Part shown: one piece after another, positions 27,995 to 36,884 of the stretch | How the letters are laid out: each line of letters begins with the position of its first letter | Position numbering within the stretch: position 1 is the stretch's first letter | Source: a virus | Lineage: Duplodnaviria > Caudoviricetes | Direction: 5' to 3' (one strand) | IMG/VR virus record: IMGVR_UViG_3300025000_000136 | Coordinates: 1-52,425 of that record | DNA length: 52,425 bases | The notes under the pieces: generated by a model | Told to the model about the DNA's origin: nothing | Databases searched by the model: none | What the model saw: only the letters and a program-made list of their open reading frames with translations | Made by a program: the position numbers and the translations under genes

Positions 27995-28177
27995 TTAGCC
28001 TTTTTTACCCTTTAGATATGGCAACACAAACACATGCATCATTGCCTTTTTACCTTTGCAATCATATCCTTCTTTGCGAAGTTCTTTCTTAGTTCGGCCT
28101 GACGCATAGGCATCATGCGAATAATTCCAAAGCACATCAATGGCATGTTTTACCTCAGCTGGATAGTGCTTGAACAT
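27995..28177 (-). CDS. Hypothetical protein
   Basis: 60 aa, AGGAG RBS. Confidence 0.6.
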   Translation of the reverse strand: MFKHYPAEVKHAIDVLWNYSHDAYASGRTKKELRKEGYDCKGKKAMMHVFVLPYLKGKKG

Positions 28178-28203
28178 TGGCTAGGCTCCTAAATAGTTAA
28201 TAG

Positions 28204-28311
28204 TTATAATACTCCGATGATGCAAATGATGAGTAAGATAGCTACATAAAACCAGCCGACTTTGTCTTTAAAGGATGTTTCTGCTGAAAAGTCTACTTTG
28301 TAGTTGTTCAT
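28204..28311 (-). CDS. 35-aa membrane peptide
   Basis: MNNYKVDF...GWFYVAILLIICIIGVL*, AAGGAG RBS. Confidence 0.5.
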   Translation of the reverse strand: MNNYKVDFSAETSFKDKVGWFYVAILLIICIIGVL

Positions 28312-28321
28312 AGTGAGCTCC

Positions 28322-28492
28322 TTATTTGTTAACAATTAAGATTCTCTTGTCAGCATTAGTGATGAAATAGATTAGTTCGTTTGGCCGCTTGGTGATAGCA
28401 TGTTTATGGCTCCAAGCATAAAAAGATTCGCCTCGGCCAGTTTGGTAAAGATTCATTCCGATTAGTTCTGGCAAGAATTTACGTGGAATCAA
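28322..28492 (-). CDS. Small hypothetical protein (TTG/GTG start uncertain)
   Basis: Open frame (LIPRKFLPELIG...) after AAAGGAGGTG. Confidence 0.45.
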   Translation of the reverse strand: MIPRKFLPELIGMNLYQTGRGESFYAWSHKHAITKRPNELIYFITNADKRILIVNK

Positions 28493-28522
28493 GATTTGCA
28501 CCTCCTTTACTTAGATATTTAA

Positions 28523-28702
28523 TTATCCTTTATTCCATTCTTCCAAAGAATATTCTGGATCATATCCACAATCAAGACATACAAGTGGATTTGTTTCACA
28601 AGCTCTACATGGTGGATTGATATGGCAGCTACAATTTTCTACTTTTTCATATCCAAATATACCACCACAATTTAAACATTTATCGCCTTCTTGAATTTCC
28701 AT
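28523..28702 (-). CDS. 59-aa Cys-rich Zn-binding protein
   Basis: CLNC...CSCHINPPCRAC...CLDC; AAAGGA RBS. Confidence 0.65.
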   Translation of the reverse strand: MEIQEGDKCLNCGGIFGYEKVENCSCHINPPCRACETNPLVCLDCGYDPEYSLEEWNKG

Positions 28703-28713
28703 TTAGTTTTCCT

Positions 28714-29025
28714 TTATTTAGATTGCTCTTCTGCTGCAATTTCTTGTTCAGTTGCTCGATAAGATTCGTCGATTTCTTCAATGCCTCGGAGTTCTTCAGT
28801 AACGTCGATGAGCATGAAGCTCTTTCCACCAGTAGTTACTTTACAAATGCCTAAAGCATCAATGGTTATGACTGGCTTGAATTTTGCTTCAGCCTCAAGA
28901 TTTGCAATAATCTTATCCTGGGCAAGCAAGTCACCTCGATCAGCAAGAAACATTCCTCCTATACCAATAACTGAACCAATAACTAAGCCCATGGAAAATG
29001 ATACTAGACTAAAAGGTTCTTCCAT
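28714..29025 (-). CDS. Hypothetical protein with N-terminal transmembrane segment
   Basis: 103 aa; hydrophobic N-terminus. Confidence 0.6.
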   Translation of the reverse strand: MEEPFSLVSFSMGLVIGSVIGIGGMFLADRGDLLAQDKIIANLEAEAKFKPVITIDALGICKVTTGGKSFMLIDVTEELRGIEEIDESYRATEQEIAAEEQSK

Positions 29026-29300
29026 TATGCTTTCTCCTTATTAATAACTTCTTCATAAAACTTATGAATCCAGCTTGCACGAGCAAGAGGACTTAGCTCT
29101 TTGGTCAGGTCCATGATTATGGCGATACATACCTCGCTTGATACACCTTCTTGGTAAAGATTTACTATTTTGGCTAGTTGACGATTGTACATGGCATTTC
29201 TCCAGTAAAGGTTGAGAAGATGGGCTACAAGTGAGCTTGAGATGGTGTAATGTCCAGGTGGAAGAAGATTGAATTCTGATTGAGTTGTTATAGTTGTCAT
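29025..29300 (-). CDS. Hypothetical protein
   Basis: 91 aa; TAATG overlap with the next gene. Confidence 0.55.
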   Translation of the reverse strand: MTTITTQSEFNLLPPGHYTISSSLVAHLLNLYWRNAMYNRQLAKIVNLYQEGVSSEVCIAIIMDLTKELSPLARASWIHKFYEEVINKEKA

Positions 29301-29309
29301 TGCCTAGGA

Positions 29310-31658
29310 TCATTCCTCATTTTCAATCATCTGATCTACTTGCCATTGTTCGTAAGCAACCTTGCGAGCACGGTCAAAGGTAGAAGGCCAACATGCTTCG
29401 CATTTGCTCAGATCGAGTTGATGCAGCGCTCGACTGGCAGCAACGTACAATATGTTAGTTTCCTCAGTTGTGGGGTTGCCGTTATCGCTTGGGACTTTGA
29501 AATCATTTGCTAGGCGAACCTTTGACCATTCTAGCCCTTTTGCCTTATGCGCGGTAGTTATGGTCACATCGGCTTCGGATGGATCTTCTACAGTTGATTC
29601 AAGAATGTTGAGTAACCGTTCCCTGCCATAAGTTTCGATTAACTTGAGGATTGGCTTAATATCTCCGCCCATCGGAGAATCGGCATATTCAATAAGATCT
29701 GGAAAGTTCTTAAAGAGGAAGAGGTCTGGATGATTGGTATATCCTTTTAGCTTAAGTTGGATTATTGAATTGATCAAGTATGTTAGCTGTTGAGTTCCTC
29801 CGAGAATGTGGACTGACAAGCCTTTGTCAAGAGCATTAATGGTTTCAGCTATAATGCCTTTGTTTGTCCGGCAGAGAATTGCATCTACAGCAGGTAAGGG
29901 TTCATAATGGATTGAAGATTGCACATCGTCGTTACCATGAAATGGCACATACTCGAAACCATATGGATAGTAGCCAGAGATTATGGTGTTTGACATGTTA
30001 GCTATGTCTTCACCAAAACGAAAACTTCTAGTAATGTAGAGCTTTGTAAGATTGTCGTCTTGTAGGGCATTGACCGCGCCTCTCCAACTGTTATGAGTTA
30101 ATAAACCATCTGCATAATATGTATGATGATCATCTACTTCTAAAGAATACACTTTACCATCATAATGTTCTTCTCTTACATATATAGGGACCCAACATTT
30201 ATCAGTTGCCGAATAGTCTCTTTTTCCTTCATGTTGAATAGTATTCTCTAATGGCAACATCATCATACCATCATGTAAATTTGATGCTGCTGTTATAAAT
30301 GGTCTACGGACACCTACAAGAGAATCTGTACCAGATTTCCATAAAGGCATATCTAAAAATAAGCCAAAATGTTTTAAGCAATCTTGTCCTCTAATAGAAT
30401 TATCTCCAATAAGTTCCCAGAAAAAAGAAAGTTCTATTTTATGTTTATCCTGTTCTCTAAAACAAGTTCCTGGAATACCAAACATTGCTTGATAATAAGA
30501 CTCAAATAAATGAGCGTTTTCTGTTGTATCGTGTACAGATAAAATCCATGCAGAATCTGCTTGTTCTACACTAGCTCTTAAACCAAGCCCAAATTGATTT
30601 CGTTGACTCTCATAAAAATAAGGAACTTTTCCAATTCGATACTGATTTCCTTTTTTCATAAGGTAAACAATATGTTTCTTTTTAAGTTTAGTACTTATTT
30701 TTATTATACATTGATGTCTTGGAATATATTTAGATTCATGCATTTGATCAGTAACCACAACAATTAATCTCCCAGAATAATCAACCTCTGTAATACTTGT
30801 AACTTTTCTTCCATTTTTAAATACATGGCTATTATCATATGTTATTATTTTTTCTCCAATTTTTATTTTTTCTATTGGTTTATCGGTAGTAGATTTATAC
30901 CAATGCGCTCTATTTGCAACAGCAATAATTGTTCCAGCAGGTTGACAGTAAATTTGCTGAAACTGGTCACCAACAAAAATCTTTTGACAACTCTGGTTCT
31001 TGATTACCTGAGCGATTACTGGGTTGCTATCCTGGTATTCGTCAAAGAAGATGAAGTCTTTGTTGATGATTGGGTTGGTAAGTGCCCATATTTTCAAGTA
31101 AACATCATGGGTTATTGGCATAGGTTTGGTTACATCTGCCATTTCGTTAAACACAAGATTTGCGTGTTGAATCAAATCTTCTCGCATAACATCCAGATCT
31201 GCGTCTTGTAAGATGGTTAGTTTTGGCAAATGTTTGTACTGCATAACTTCGTCGCTAGAATAACAGTACTTGCGGATCGTATTTAGGATAAGATATCCCT
31301 TGTTGGCTGGACTGTTATAAAGCTGCCAGTCTCCGATATCAAAAGTATCCGCTAGTTGTTTTCCTGTCAATTTGGATAGCTTCTTCCTGTATTTGAATCC
31401 AACTGATCCGTAGGCCAGAGCATGGCCGGTCTTGCAAGTTACAGTGCTGGCGAATTTAGTTGCAGCTTCTTGAGCAAGTAGTTTGTTGAAAGAGATTGAA
31501 AGGCCAAGACCTGGCATTTTACGTGCCATGGCCAGGAGCAAAAAAGTTTTGCCACTGCCTGGAGGCGCCTGAATAGCATAATCGTTGCCGTCAAGGATTT
31601 TGTTTACGTGAGATTCTTGTTCGGCTGTGAGAGTTTTTCCTTTATATTTCATTACCAT
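29310..31658 (-). CDS. UvrD/Rep-like superfamily 1 helicase, intein-containing
   Basis: APPGSGKT, SFNK, DEYQD, VGDQFQQIY/SWRGA, SFRFG, TTAHKAKGLEW, YVAASRA. Confidence 0.92.
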   Translation of the reverse strand: MVMKYKGKTLTAEQESHVNKILDGNDYAIQAPPGSGKTFLLLAMARKMPGLGLSISFNKLLAQEAATKFASTVTCKTGHALAYGSVGFKYRKKLSKLTGKQLADTFDIGDWQLYNSPANKGYLILNTIRKYCYSSDEVMQYKHLPKLTILQDADLDVMREDLIQHANLVFNEMADVTKPMPITHDVYLKIWALTNPIINKDFIFFDEYQDSNPVIAQVIKNQSCQKIFVGDQFQQIYCQPAGTIIAVANRAHWYKSTTDKPIEKIKIGEKIITYDNSHVFKNGRKVTSITEVDYSGRLIVVVTDQMHESKYIPRHQCIIKISTKLKKKHIVYLMKKGNQYRIGKVPYFYESQRNQFGLGLRASVEQADSAWILSVHDTTENAHLFESYYQAMFGIPGTCFREQDKHKIELSFFWELIGDNSIRGQDCLKHFGLFLDMPLWKSGTDSLVGVRRPFITAASNLHDGMMMLPLENTIQHEGKRDYSATDKCWVPIYVREEHYDGKVYSLEVDDHHTYYADGLLTHNSWRGAVNALQDDNLTKLYITRSFRFGEDIANMSNTIISGYYPYGFEYVPFHGNDDVQSSIHYEPLPAVDAILCRTNKGIIAETINALDKGLSVHILGGTQQLTYLINSIIQLKLKGYTNHPDLFLFKNFPDLIEYADSPMGGDIKPILKLIETYGRERLLNILESTVEDPSEADVTITTAHKAKGLEWSKVRLANDFKVPSDNGNPTTEETNILYVAASRALHQLDLSKCEACWPSTFDRARKVAYEQWQVDQMIENEE
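30090..30947 (-). mobile_element. Intein (286 aa) in helicase motif III
   Basis: Begins CQPAGT right after QQIY, ends VYSLEVDDHHTYYADGLLTHN followed by Ser; removal restores GDQFQQIY-SWRGA; AT-rich. Confidence 0.93.
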
Positions 31659-31671
31659 AACTTAGGCTCCG

Positions 31672-32091
31672 TTAAATATCTTGTAAGAGATCTTCCCATT
31701 CTTCTTCAGAAACATTTTGTCCAAAAACGCCACCATAAAAAGTATCTCCAGGCCAACATAACTCACCTCCATAATATCCATTTGATTCATTACGATAATC
31801 AATGATGATATCTCCTTTATCTGTAGTAATTTTACATCCATAAAATTCTAAACACTCATAATTATTATCTCTTTGAGGTTCTTTATTTAATTCAAGCTCT
31901 TCTACAGAAATAACTTTAGCTGGAAAACCTAATGATGGTAATTCTACATGTTCAATCCATGTTTCTGAGCAACAATCTCCATCAGTTTTAGCAATGACTT
32001 CTTCATTTTCAGTAATAAATAAAATTGCTTTTTTATCTTTAGCAATCATTATTTTACTTATCGTTTTTTCAACTAAATAATTGTTCATCAT
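31672..32091 (-). CDS. AT-rich acidic hypothetical phage protein
   Basis: DCCSETW and NESNGYYGG motifs; GGAG RBS. Confidence 0.65.
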   Translation of the reverse strand: MMNNYLVEKTISKIMIAKDKKAILFITENEEVIAKTDGDCCSETWIEHVELPSLGFPAKVISVEELELNKEPQRDNNYECLEFYGCKITTDKGDIIIDYRNESNGYYGGELCWPGDTFYGGVFGQNVSEEEWEDLLQDI

Positions 32092-32100
32092 TATTCTCCT

Positions 32101-32328
32101 TTAATAATCATAATCTGGTTCATCCAGCTCAGCATCTGGCACGTCAGCTTCGCAACAGTTAGTGACTGGTTCGCCATAACCAGATGGATAATGGACTCCA
32201 GACTGGCCATGGGTGCAATGAGTGCCTGAGTAGCTGAATGAATTGTCTAGGCCAATTATTGTGCATGGCTGATTGCAGGATGGACACTTAAAATCTGGAG
32301 GCGTTTTATAAGTTTGAAGTCTTCTCAT
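32101..32328 (-). CDS. Cys/His-rich hypothetical protein
   Basis: CPSC...HCTH...CC. Confidence 0.55.
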   Translation of the reverse strand: MRRLQTYKTPPDFKCPSCNQPCTIIGLDNSFSYSGTHCTHGQSGVHYPSGYGEPVTNCCEADVPDAELDEPDYDY

Positions 32329-32464
32329 TAGTTGATGCCTCGATCTTGGTTATCTGATTCCAGTCTGCTGGATCAGGTTCTGTTGATAGAAGAATGCCGA
32401 TTAGGATTGAAGTAGATATGATACCAATTACAATGCCACAAAGAAATATTGGTATGTGTTTCAT
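32306..32464 (-). CDS. 52-aa membrane peptide
   Basis: MKHIPIFLCGIVIGIISTSILIGILL...; AAGGA RBS. Confidence 0.5.
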   Translation of the reverse strand: MKHIPIFLCGIVIGIISTSILIGILLSTEPDPADWNQITKIEASTNEKTSNL

Positions 32465-32466
32465 TG

Positions 32467-32871
32467 TTATTCCTTTATATTATAAAAACGTGTTACATAA
32501 TAATTAAGAGCTTCAATAATCTTAACTAATGGCTTAAGCTGATCTGCGGACGCTCCCTGAACATCAACTATGCCGATTTCTTCAAGAATTTCTCTTGCAC
32601 GAATAACTGCTGGAGATTCTTTTGGAAGTTCGAACTTTACCAATTGGTTATTAATAATTCGATGCAAAGATTCATGCCAATTGGTAAGATGTGGAAAACC
32701 TCTTACGATACTGGAGACTGTTATATATTGCTTGCCTGGGATAGATTCTCCAGCAGATATTGTTGGTTGCCATTCATGGCCCTCTATTCCAGGCTTATCA
32801 GCATAGAAAGTCCAGGCTCCATCGGAATCCATGGCTGCCCATTTCCAGTGACTATCAATATGTAGGTTCAT
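32467..32871 (-). CDS. Hypothetical protein
   Basis: 134 aa with WKWAAMDSDGAWTFY..KP; AAGGAG RBS. Confidence 0.65.
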   Translation of the reverse strand: MNLHIDSHWKWAAMDSDGAWTFYADKPGIEGHEWQPTISAGESIPGKQYITVSSIVRGFPHLTNWHESLHRIINNQLVKFELPKESPAVIRAREILEEIGIVDVQGASADQLKPLVKIIEALNYYVTRFYNIKE

Positions 32872-32935
32872 TTAGGGCTCCTTATTAAATTAATATTCTA
32901 TTTTGATAATTTTTGATTTGAAATTTTACTTATTT

Positions 32936-33625
32936 TTATCTTGAAGCTTCGTTTTTTGATGTAACTTCTAATACTGGATTATATCTTCCAAGAATATAAT
33001 CAGGCCGTCGTTGATTAGGTTGAACACAAACAGCAATAATTCTCCAGCCATTATTAAGTTCAGTTTGAAGAATATCAGTGCAAATGTCTTCTTTTAAAGA
33101 AAGCTCATTATAAGTTGTTATTAATCCACCACCTACATGAACATTTACTTTTTGATTGAATGTTGAGGATTGTAAAAGATCAACTATTTTTTCAATTTTT
33201 GCTGCCTTATCCTCTATTTCAGATAAAATAAGCTGGATATTTTGTACTGTTGGTTCTTCTGATTTGATTGTTTTTTGAATATAGAATTTATATCTGCAAG
33301 ATAAAGAAAATTTTATTAAGTCTACAAGATGATTTTCTTTCTCTACCCAAACTAATCCATGATTATTTGGTAATTTTGTGCAGACATAATAATATTCTAT
33401 TTGTCTTCCTTCTAAGTAAAACTTTGTTTTTTCTTCTTCTTGTTTTTGGACTAAATCATCTTTATAATGGTCATATGGGCCTTTAGGCTTAATTCTGTCA
33501 TTATAATCTTTACAGAGATCTACAGTTGTATAGTTTAGCTTAAGGATTTTTGCCTCTTCTTCAGGTAATGCAAAAGAATCTTCAAAAGAGATTAAAGATA
33601 TCATAGTTTTCTCCTTGTTATTCAA
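32936..33625 (-). CDS. AT-rich hypothetical protein
   Basis: 229-aa ORF; the true start may be the internal MISL after AAGGAG. Confidence 0.65.
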   Translation of the reverse strand: MNNKEKTMISLISFEDSFALPEEEAKILKLNYTTVDLCKDYNDRIKPKGPYDHYKDDLVQKQEEEKTKFYLEGRQIEYYYVCTKLPNNHGLVWVEKENHLVDLIKFSLSCRYKFYIQKTIKSEEPTVQNIQLILSEIEDKAAKIEKIVDLLQSSTFNQKVNVHVGGGLITTYNELSLKEDICTDILQTELNNGWRIIAVCVQPNQRRPDYILGRYNPVLEVTSKNEASR

Positions 33626-33878
33626 GATCAGTTATGGTTAATGCTTTAGTTACTTTGGTTTGACTGAACTTTTGCCTTATAAAGTTGATGGATTCCTGAG
33701 TTGGAGGATCTTTCGGATCATCACAGAGATAAATGATTCCGTAGTAAATACTTAGTCTGAGAATCTGACTAACTGTGGAGATTTCAGCCTGATTGATGCC
33801 CTTGGAGATTAGGCCATCTCTAGCTTTGGCAAGATCATTTACTGTCATTCTGGTTGAAACTACGCGAGATTTGCTCAT
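33618..33878 (-). CDS. Hypothetical protein, RHH-like N-terminus
   Basis: RVVSTRMTVNDLAKA...VSQILR; resembles 34553..34948. Confidence 0.6.
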   Translation of the reverse strand: MSKSRVVSTRMTVNDLAKARDGLISKGINQAEISTVSQILRLSIYYGIIYLCDDPKDPPTQESINFIRQKFSQTKVTKALTITDLE

Positions 33879-33899
33879 GGTTAGATTCCTTTAAAGTTA

Positions 33900-34124
33900 T
33901 TAATAAGGCCCAATGATTCCAGTGGATATGTTTTCAAACTCTTCTCGTAAGCGACGAAGTTCTTTAGCTTTTTTCTGGCCATCTGCGATAATGGAATCCA
34001 TTTTGTCAGGATCACTGCTTGGAGTGTATTGTTCATACGCTGCACTTAAAAGATGTGCAGTAATAAGAGATGAAAGATGTTTTATAACGAGTTTGTTTGC
34101 TCTTTCAATGGATGTTCTATTCAT
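33900..34124 (-). CDS. Hypothetical protein
   Basis: 74 aa, AAGGAG RBS. Confidence 0.55.
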   Translation of the reverse strand: MNRTSIERANKLVIKHLSSLITAHLLSAAYEQYTPSSDPDKMDSIIADGQKKAKELRRLREEFENISTGIIGPY

Positions 34125-34560
34125 GACAGGTCTCCTTATTTAATTCATCTCTAATCTTCATAATTAATCGACCAAGGTGATTTTCTCCCATGCCAGTCTT
34201 TAGACAGATACCAAAAAATTTATCATTCCAATAATTACCTTCTTGAATATTTTGATTTCCTGTTGCTAAAAGATTACTTTTGTAAGGTTCTTGATTGAAC
34301 TTTACTCTTATAAGATCTTCCATGAGTTTGAGTCTGAATGAATCGTTCCAATCTTCTATAAGTTTGATCTTTCTTGAAGTCATTTTTACTTTTCCTGCAG
34401 AGTTGTTTTCATTAGCACAAAAGTCTTTCCAGGTAGATTCATCAGACTTAAAAGACATATAAGCATGTTCTACTGAAGGATAATTACGATTTTCTATGCT
34501 AATTGTTACTGGTGCAAAGTTGCTGAGCCATCTATAGTTTCCTTGAAAATCTTTAATCAT
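34117..34560 (-). CDS. NADAR (YbiA-like) family protein
   Basis: FQGNYRWLSNF, YPSVEHAY, KFNQ, LLATG, EGNYWND.FFG, GENHLGRLIMKIR; probable start MIKDF at 34560. Confidence 0.92.
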   Translation of the reverse strand: MIKDFQGNYRWLSNFAPVTISIENRNYPSVEHAYMSFKSDESTWKDFCANENNSAGKVKMTSRKIKLIEDWNDSFRLKLMEDLIRVKFNQEPYKSNLLATGNQNIQEGNYWNDKFFGICLKTGMGENHLGRLIMKIRDELNKETCHE

Positions 34561-34948
34561 CTTCTTCATCTCCTTCGTCCATCCAATCACTCGGAGGACT
34601 GAAATCAGTTACAGTGCCTATGGAAGATTCGGATATCTCATCTGGCAATGGCATGAAAAGAGTTGACTTATTCAAACTTACTAGGTTTTCTTCATCATCT
34701 GCCAGGCTAGAGAGATTGATTTCCCTTTTCTTTGGACTGATGATGAAATTCTTAATTTCGTTCATGATTTTTGGGTCTACTTGATCTGTTTGGCCAAGTG
34801 ACATTTTGGCTAAATAATCAGTATAGATGATTTTGACTAGTTGGCTAAGACTAGTGAGGTGGAAGTCTGGCTCAAGTGCGCGAACAATTTGCAGGCCACG
34901 GGCTAGCTGATAGGGAGATAGACGGAAAGTTATGACTGGATTTGACAT
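34553..34948 (-). CDS. Hypothetical protein, RHH-like N-terminus, acidic tail
   Basis: PVITFRLSPYQLARG...LSQLVKII. Confidence 0.6.
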   Translation of the reverse strand: MSNPVITFRLSPYQLARGLQIVRALEPDFHLTSLSQLVKIIYTDYLAKMSLGQTDQVDPKIMNEIKNFIISPKKREINLSSLADDEENLVSLNKSTLFMPLPDEISESSIGTVTDFSPPSDWMDEGDEEDD

Positions 34949-34960
34949 GAGCTTGGTTCC

Positions 34961-35419
34961 TTATAATGATTGCTGGTTAATAGTTTGTGTTTGCCTAAAA
35001 GTTCGCAAGATTGCTTCTTGCTGTTCTTGGTTCAAAGATGCAAGAATCTGTTTTGCCAAGACTTCAATATTGATAGGTTCCTTGGCTGTGGGAATCTTTG
35101 CAATTTTGGCTGTTTCCCTCTTTTGGATATTGAACTTACTTATACTGATGTTATAATCTATGATGCGATACAAATCGGCTTTTTCTTTCCAGGCCATAGC
35201 CGCTTCTTGGTAGGCAAGTTGTGTCTCTTCTTTCTTCTTGTTCAGGGGAACTAGCTCAGATTTTGTAGCTGTTGCCAAGTTGCTGAGTGCTTTATGATAG
35301 CAGGTCTTGCAAAGATGCTCATGCAAGCCCAGTTGGTGGAGGTTATGAAGTTCTCGCTGACTCAAATCAAAGCCGACTGCATTATTGAGGGTTTGGCAAA
35401 CTGGGCATAGTTTCTGCAT
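34961..35419 (-). CDS. Zn-finger/coiled-coil hypothetical protein
   Basis: CPVC...CKTC; shared C-terminal motif. Confidence 0.65.
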   Translation of the reverse strand: MQKLCPVCQTLNNAVGFDLSQRELHNLHQLGLHEHLCKTCYHKALSNLATATKSELVPLNKKKEETQLAYQEAAMAWKEKADLYRIIDYNISISKFNIQKRETAKIAKIPTAKEPINIEVLAKQILASLNQEQQEAILRTFRQTQTINQQSL

Positions 35420-35421
35420 GG

Positions 35422-35637
35422 TTATTTTCCTTTCCTTAATAGGGAGAAAATTTGACTGCTGGGAGACCTTGAATCTATGATCTGATCATTATGCTTGAGG
35501 TAATTGCCACTCTTGAGCCAGTTTGTAAGTTCGAAGTAAGTAACTTCGGTAAGGAATTTAAATCCGCAATAAGTATCGCTGGATGAGAAGAACCTGATTG
35601 TGGGACGCTTAACTTTGGAGCGTTTCTTAATTGACAT
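35422..35637 (-). CDS. Hypothetical protein
   Basis: 71-aa ORF ending 2 nt before the next start. Confidence 0.5.
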   Translation of the reverse strand: MSIKKRSKVKRPTIRFFSSSDTYCGFKFLTEVTYFELTNWLKSGNYLKHNDQIIDSRSPSSQIFSLLRKGK

Positions 35638-35658
35638 GAGCTTAACCTGGGTTGATTT

Positions 35659-35979
35659 TTAGAATGGGCAGCCAAAGAAAAACCTCAATTTACCTTTTAA
35701 TTCAGGGCGAAACTTTCCAGTAGTTTTTATTTGGTTAATTAAGGAAATGATTCCATCTAAGGAGTTTTCATAAGCTACACAACAAGCAGCTTCGGCTTCT
35801 TCTTCATCATTTAAAGGCTTAAACTTATATCCTTGATCTGTGACTAAGGAAAAGCTCCAACAGGTTATTAAGTTCTTATCTAGGTCTATCTTCTTAATAT
35901 ATGCTGGCATTGTATCACCATCGCTGTAACAATAGGTAAATTCATGCCCTTGGAAAGCCATAATCTCTTGTGAGGTCAT
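35659..35979 (-). CDS. Hypothetical protein
   Basis: 106 aa, AGGAG RBS. Confidence 0.6.
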   Translation of the reverse strand: MTSQEIMAFQGHEFTYCYSDGDTMPAYIKKIDLDKNLITCWSFSLVTDQGYKFKPLNDEEEAEAACCVAYENSLDGIISLINQIKTTGKFRPELKGKLRFFFGCPF

Positions 35980-36023
35980 TGTAATCTCCTGTTAGTTTGT
36001 CTTGTGAATGGCTCTGCCTGGTC

Positions 36024-36037
36024 GTTCATAAATGAAC
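36024..36037. promoter_or_regulatory. GTTCA-N4-TGAAC palindrome, copy 2
   Basis: GTTCATAAATGAAC, intergenic. Confidence 0.55.
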
Positions 36038-36060
36038 AGCCAAACTAATTATTTGCCCAG

Positions 36061-36618
36061 TTAGTTTATTTTAACTCTTGTTTGAATAAGAATTTCTTTA
36101 ATGCAATCAAGTTGTTCTGCAAGCAATTTACATTCATTTTTTACATAAGACAAAGAACGTACTTCATCTTTGTCTGCATATCCATATTTGTCCTCATAGT
36201 CAAGAATCCATTTCATTCTATTTAAGCCAAAATACTTAACAGCTGTTTTCAAATCTTTACCATCTCCATAATGCCCACAATCAAAACCAAAGTACCAAAC
36301 CTTATCAAATTGGTTTGTTGGAAAATTGGACAAATGTGATAATCCTGAATAAGTAATTCCTCCATGAACATTTACTAATAATGATAATCTTGCCTCTTTT
36401 CCATCCCAACAAAAGATGTCAATAAGAGATTTTTTACCAATAGTTGAGTTTGATATTTCTTGTAAAAGTTCTGGTGATTTTATATCTTGACTATAAGCAA
36501 TTCCGAACAGTGGATGATCTGGAGTGACCGCTACATATCCGCAGCGATGCCCAATTTTAGTGAAAACAACTACACATTTATACCCTTGATAAAAGAAAAC
36601 TGATTCTGTTCTAAACAT
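36061..36618 (-). CDS. Conserved-type phage hypothetical protein
   Basis: GHRCGYV...HP...VHGGITYS...WYFGFDCGH motif set; AAGGAG RBS. Confidence 0.7.
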   Translation of the reverse strand: MFRTESVFFYQGYKCVVVFTKIGHRCGYVAVTPDHPLFGIAYSQDIKSPELLQEISNSTIGKKSLIDIFCWDGKEARLSLLVNVHGGITYSGLSHLSNFPTNQFDKVWYFGFDCGHYGDGKDLKTAVKYFGLNRMKWILDYEDKYGYADKDEVRSLSYVKNECKLLAEQLDCIKEILIQTRVKIN

Positions 36619-36684
36619 AATTAAGACTCCTTAGATTGAGATTGCGCTTGTTAAGAGTAGGCGATTTTGTCGCTTGCTTAGATG

Positions 36685-36786
36685 CTATCTAAGGTGTTCA
36701 ATGTAACTAATTAATCCGTAGGTAATGATGATGAATGTTGCAATGATTACTAATCGCTGAAAGAAGGATAGTTTTTCAGTTTTCAT
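36685..36786 (-). CDS. 33-aa membrane peptide
   Basis: MKTEKLSFFQRLVIIATFIIITYGLISY...; AAGGAG RBS. Confidence 0.5.
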   Translation of the reverse strand: MKTEKLSFFQRLVIIATFIIITYGLISYIEHLR

Positions 36787-36817
36787 GGCTGTCTCCTTGG
36801 TTGAGGTTATCAATCTT

Positions 36818-36880
36818 GCTAACTCAACAACAGGTTAGAATCCTTAAATTTGATTGTTTCTAACCTGTTATTCAGTCAGC
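36818..36880 (-). promoter_or_regulatory. Long RNA hairpin (possible RNase III site or terminator)
   Basis: About 23-bp stem whose imperfect positions are mostly G-U on the - (coding) strand. Confidence 0.55.
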
Positions 36881-36884
36881 GAGG

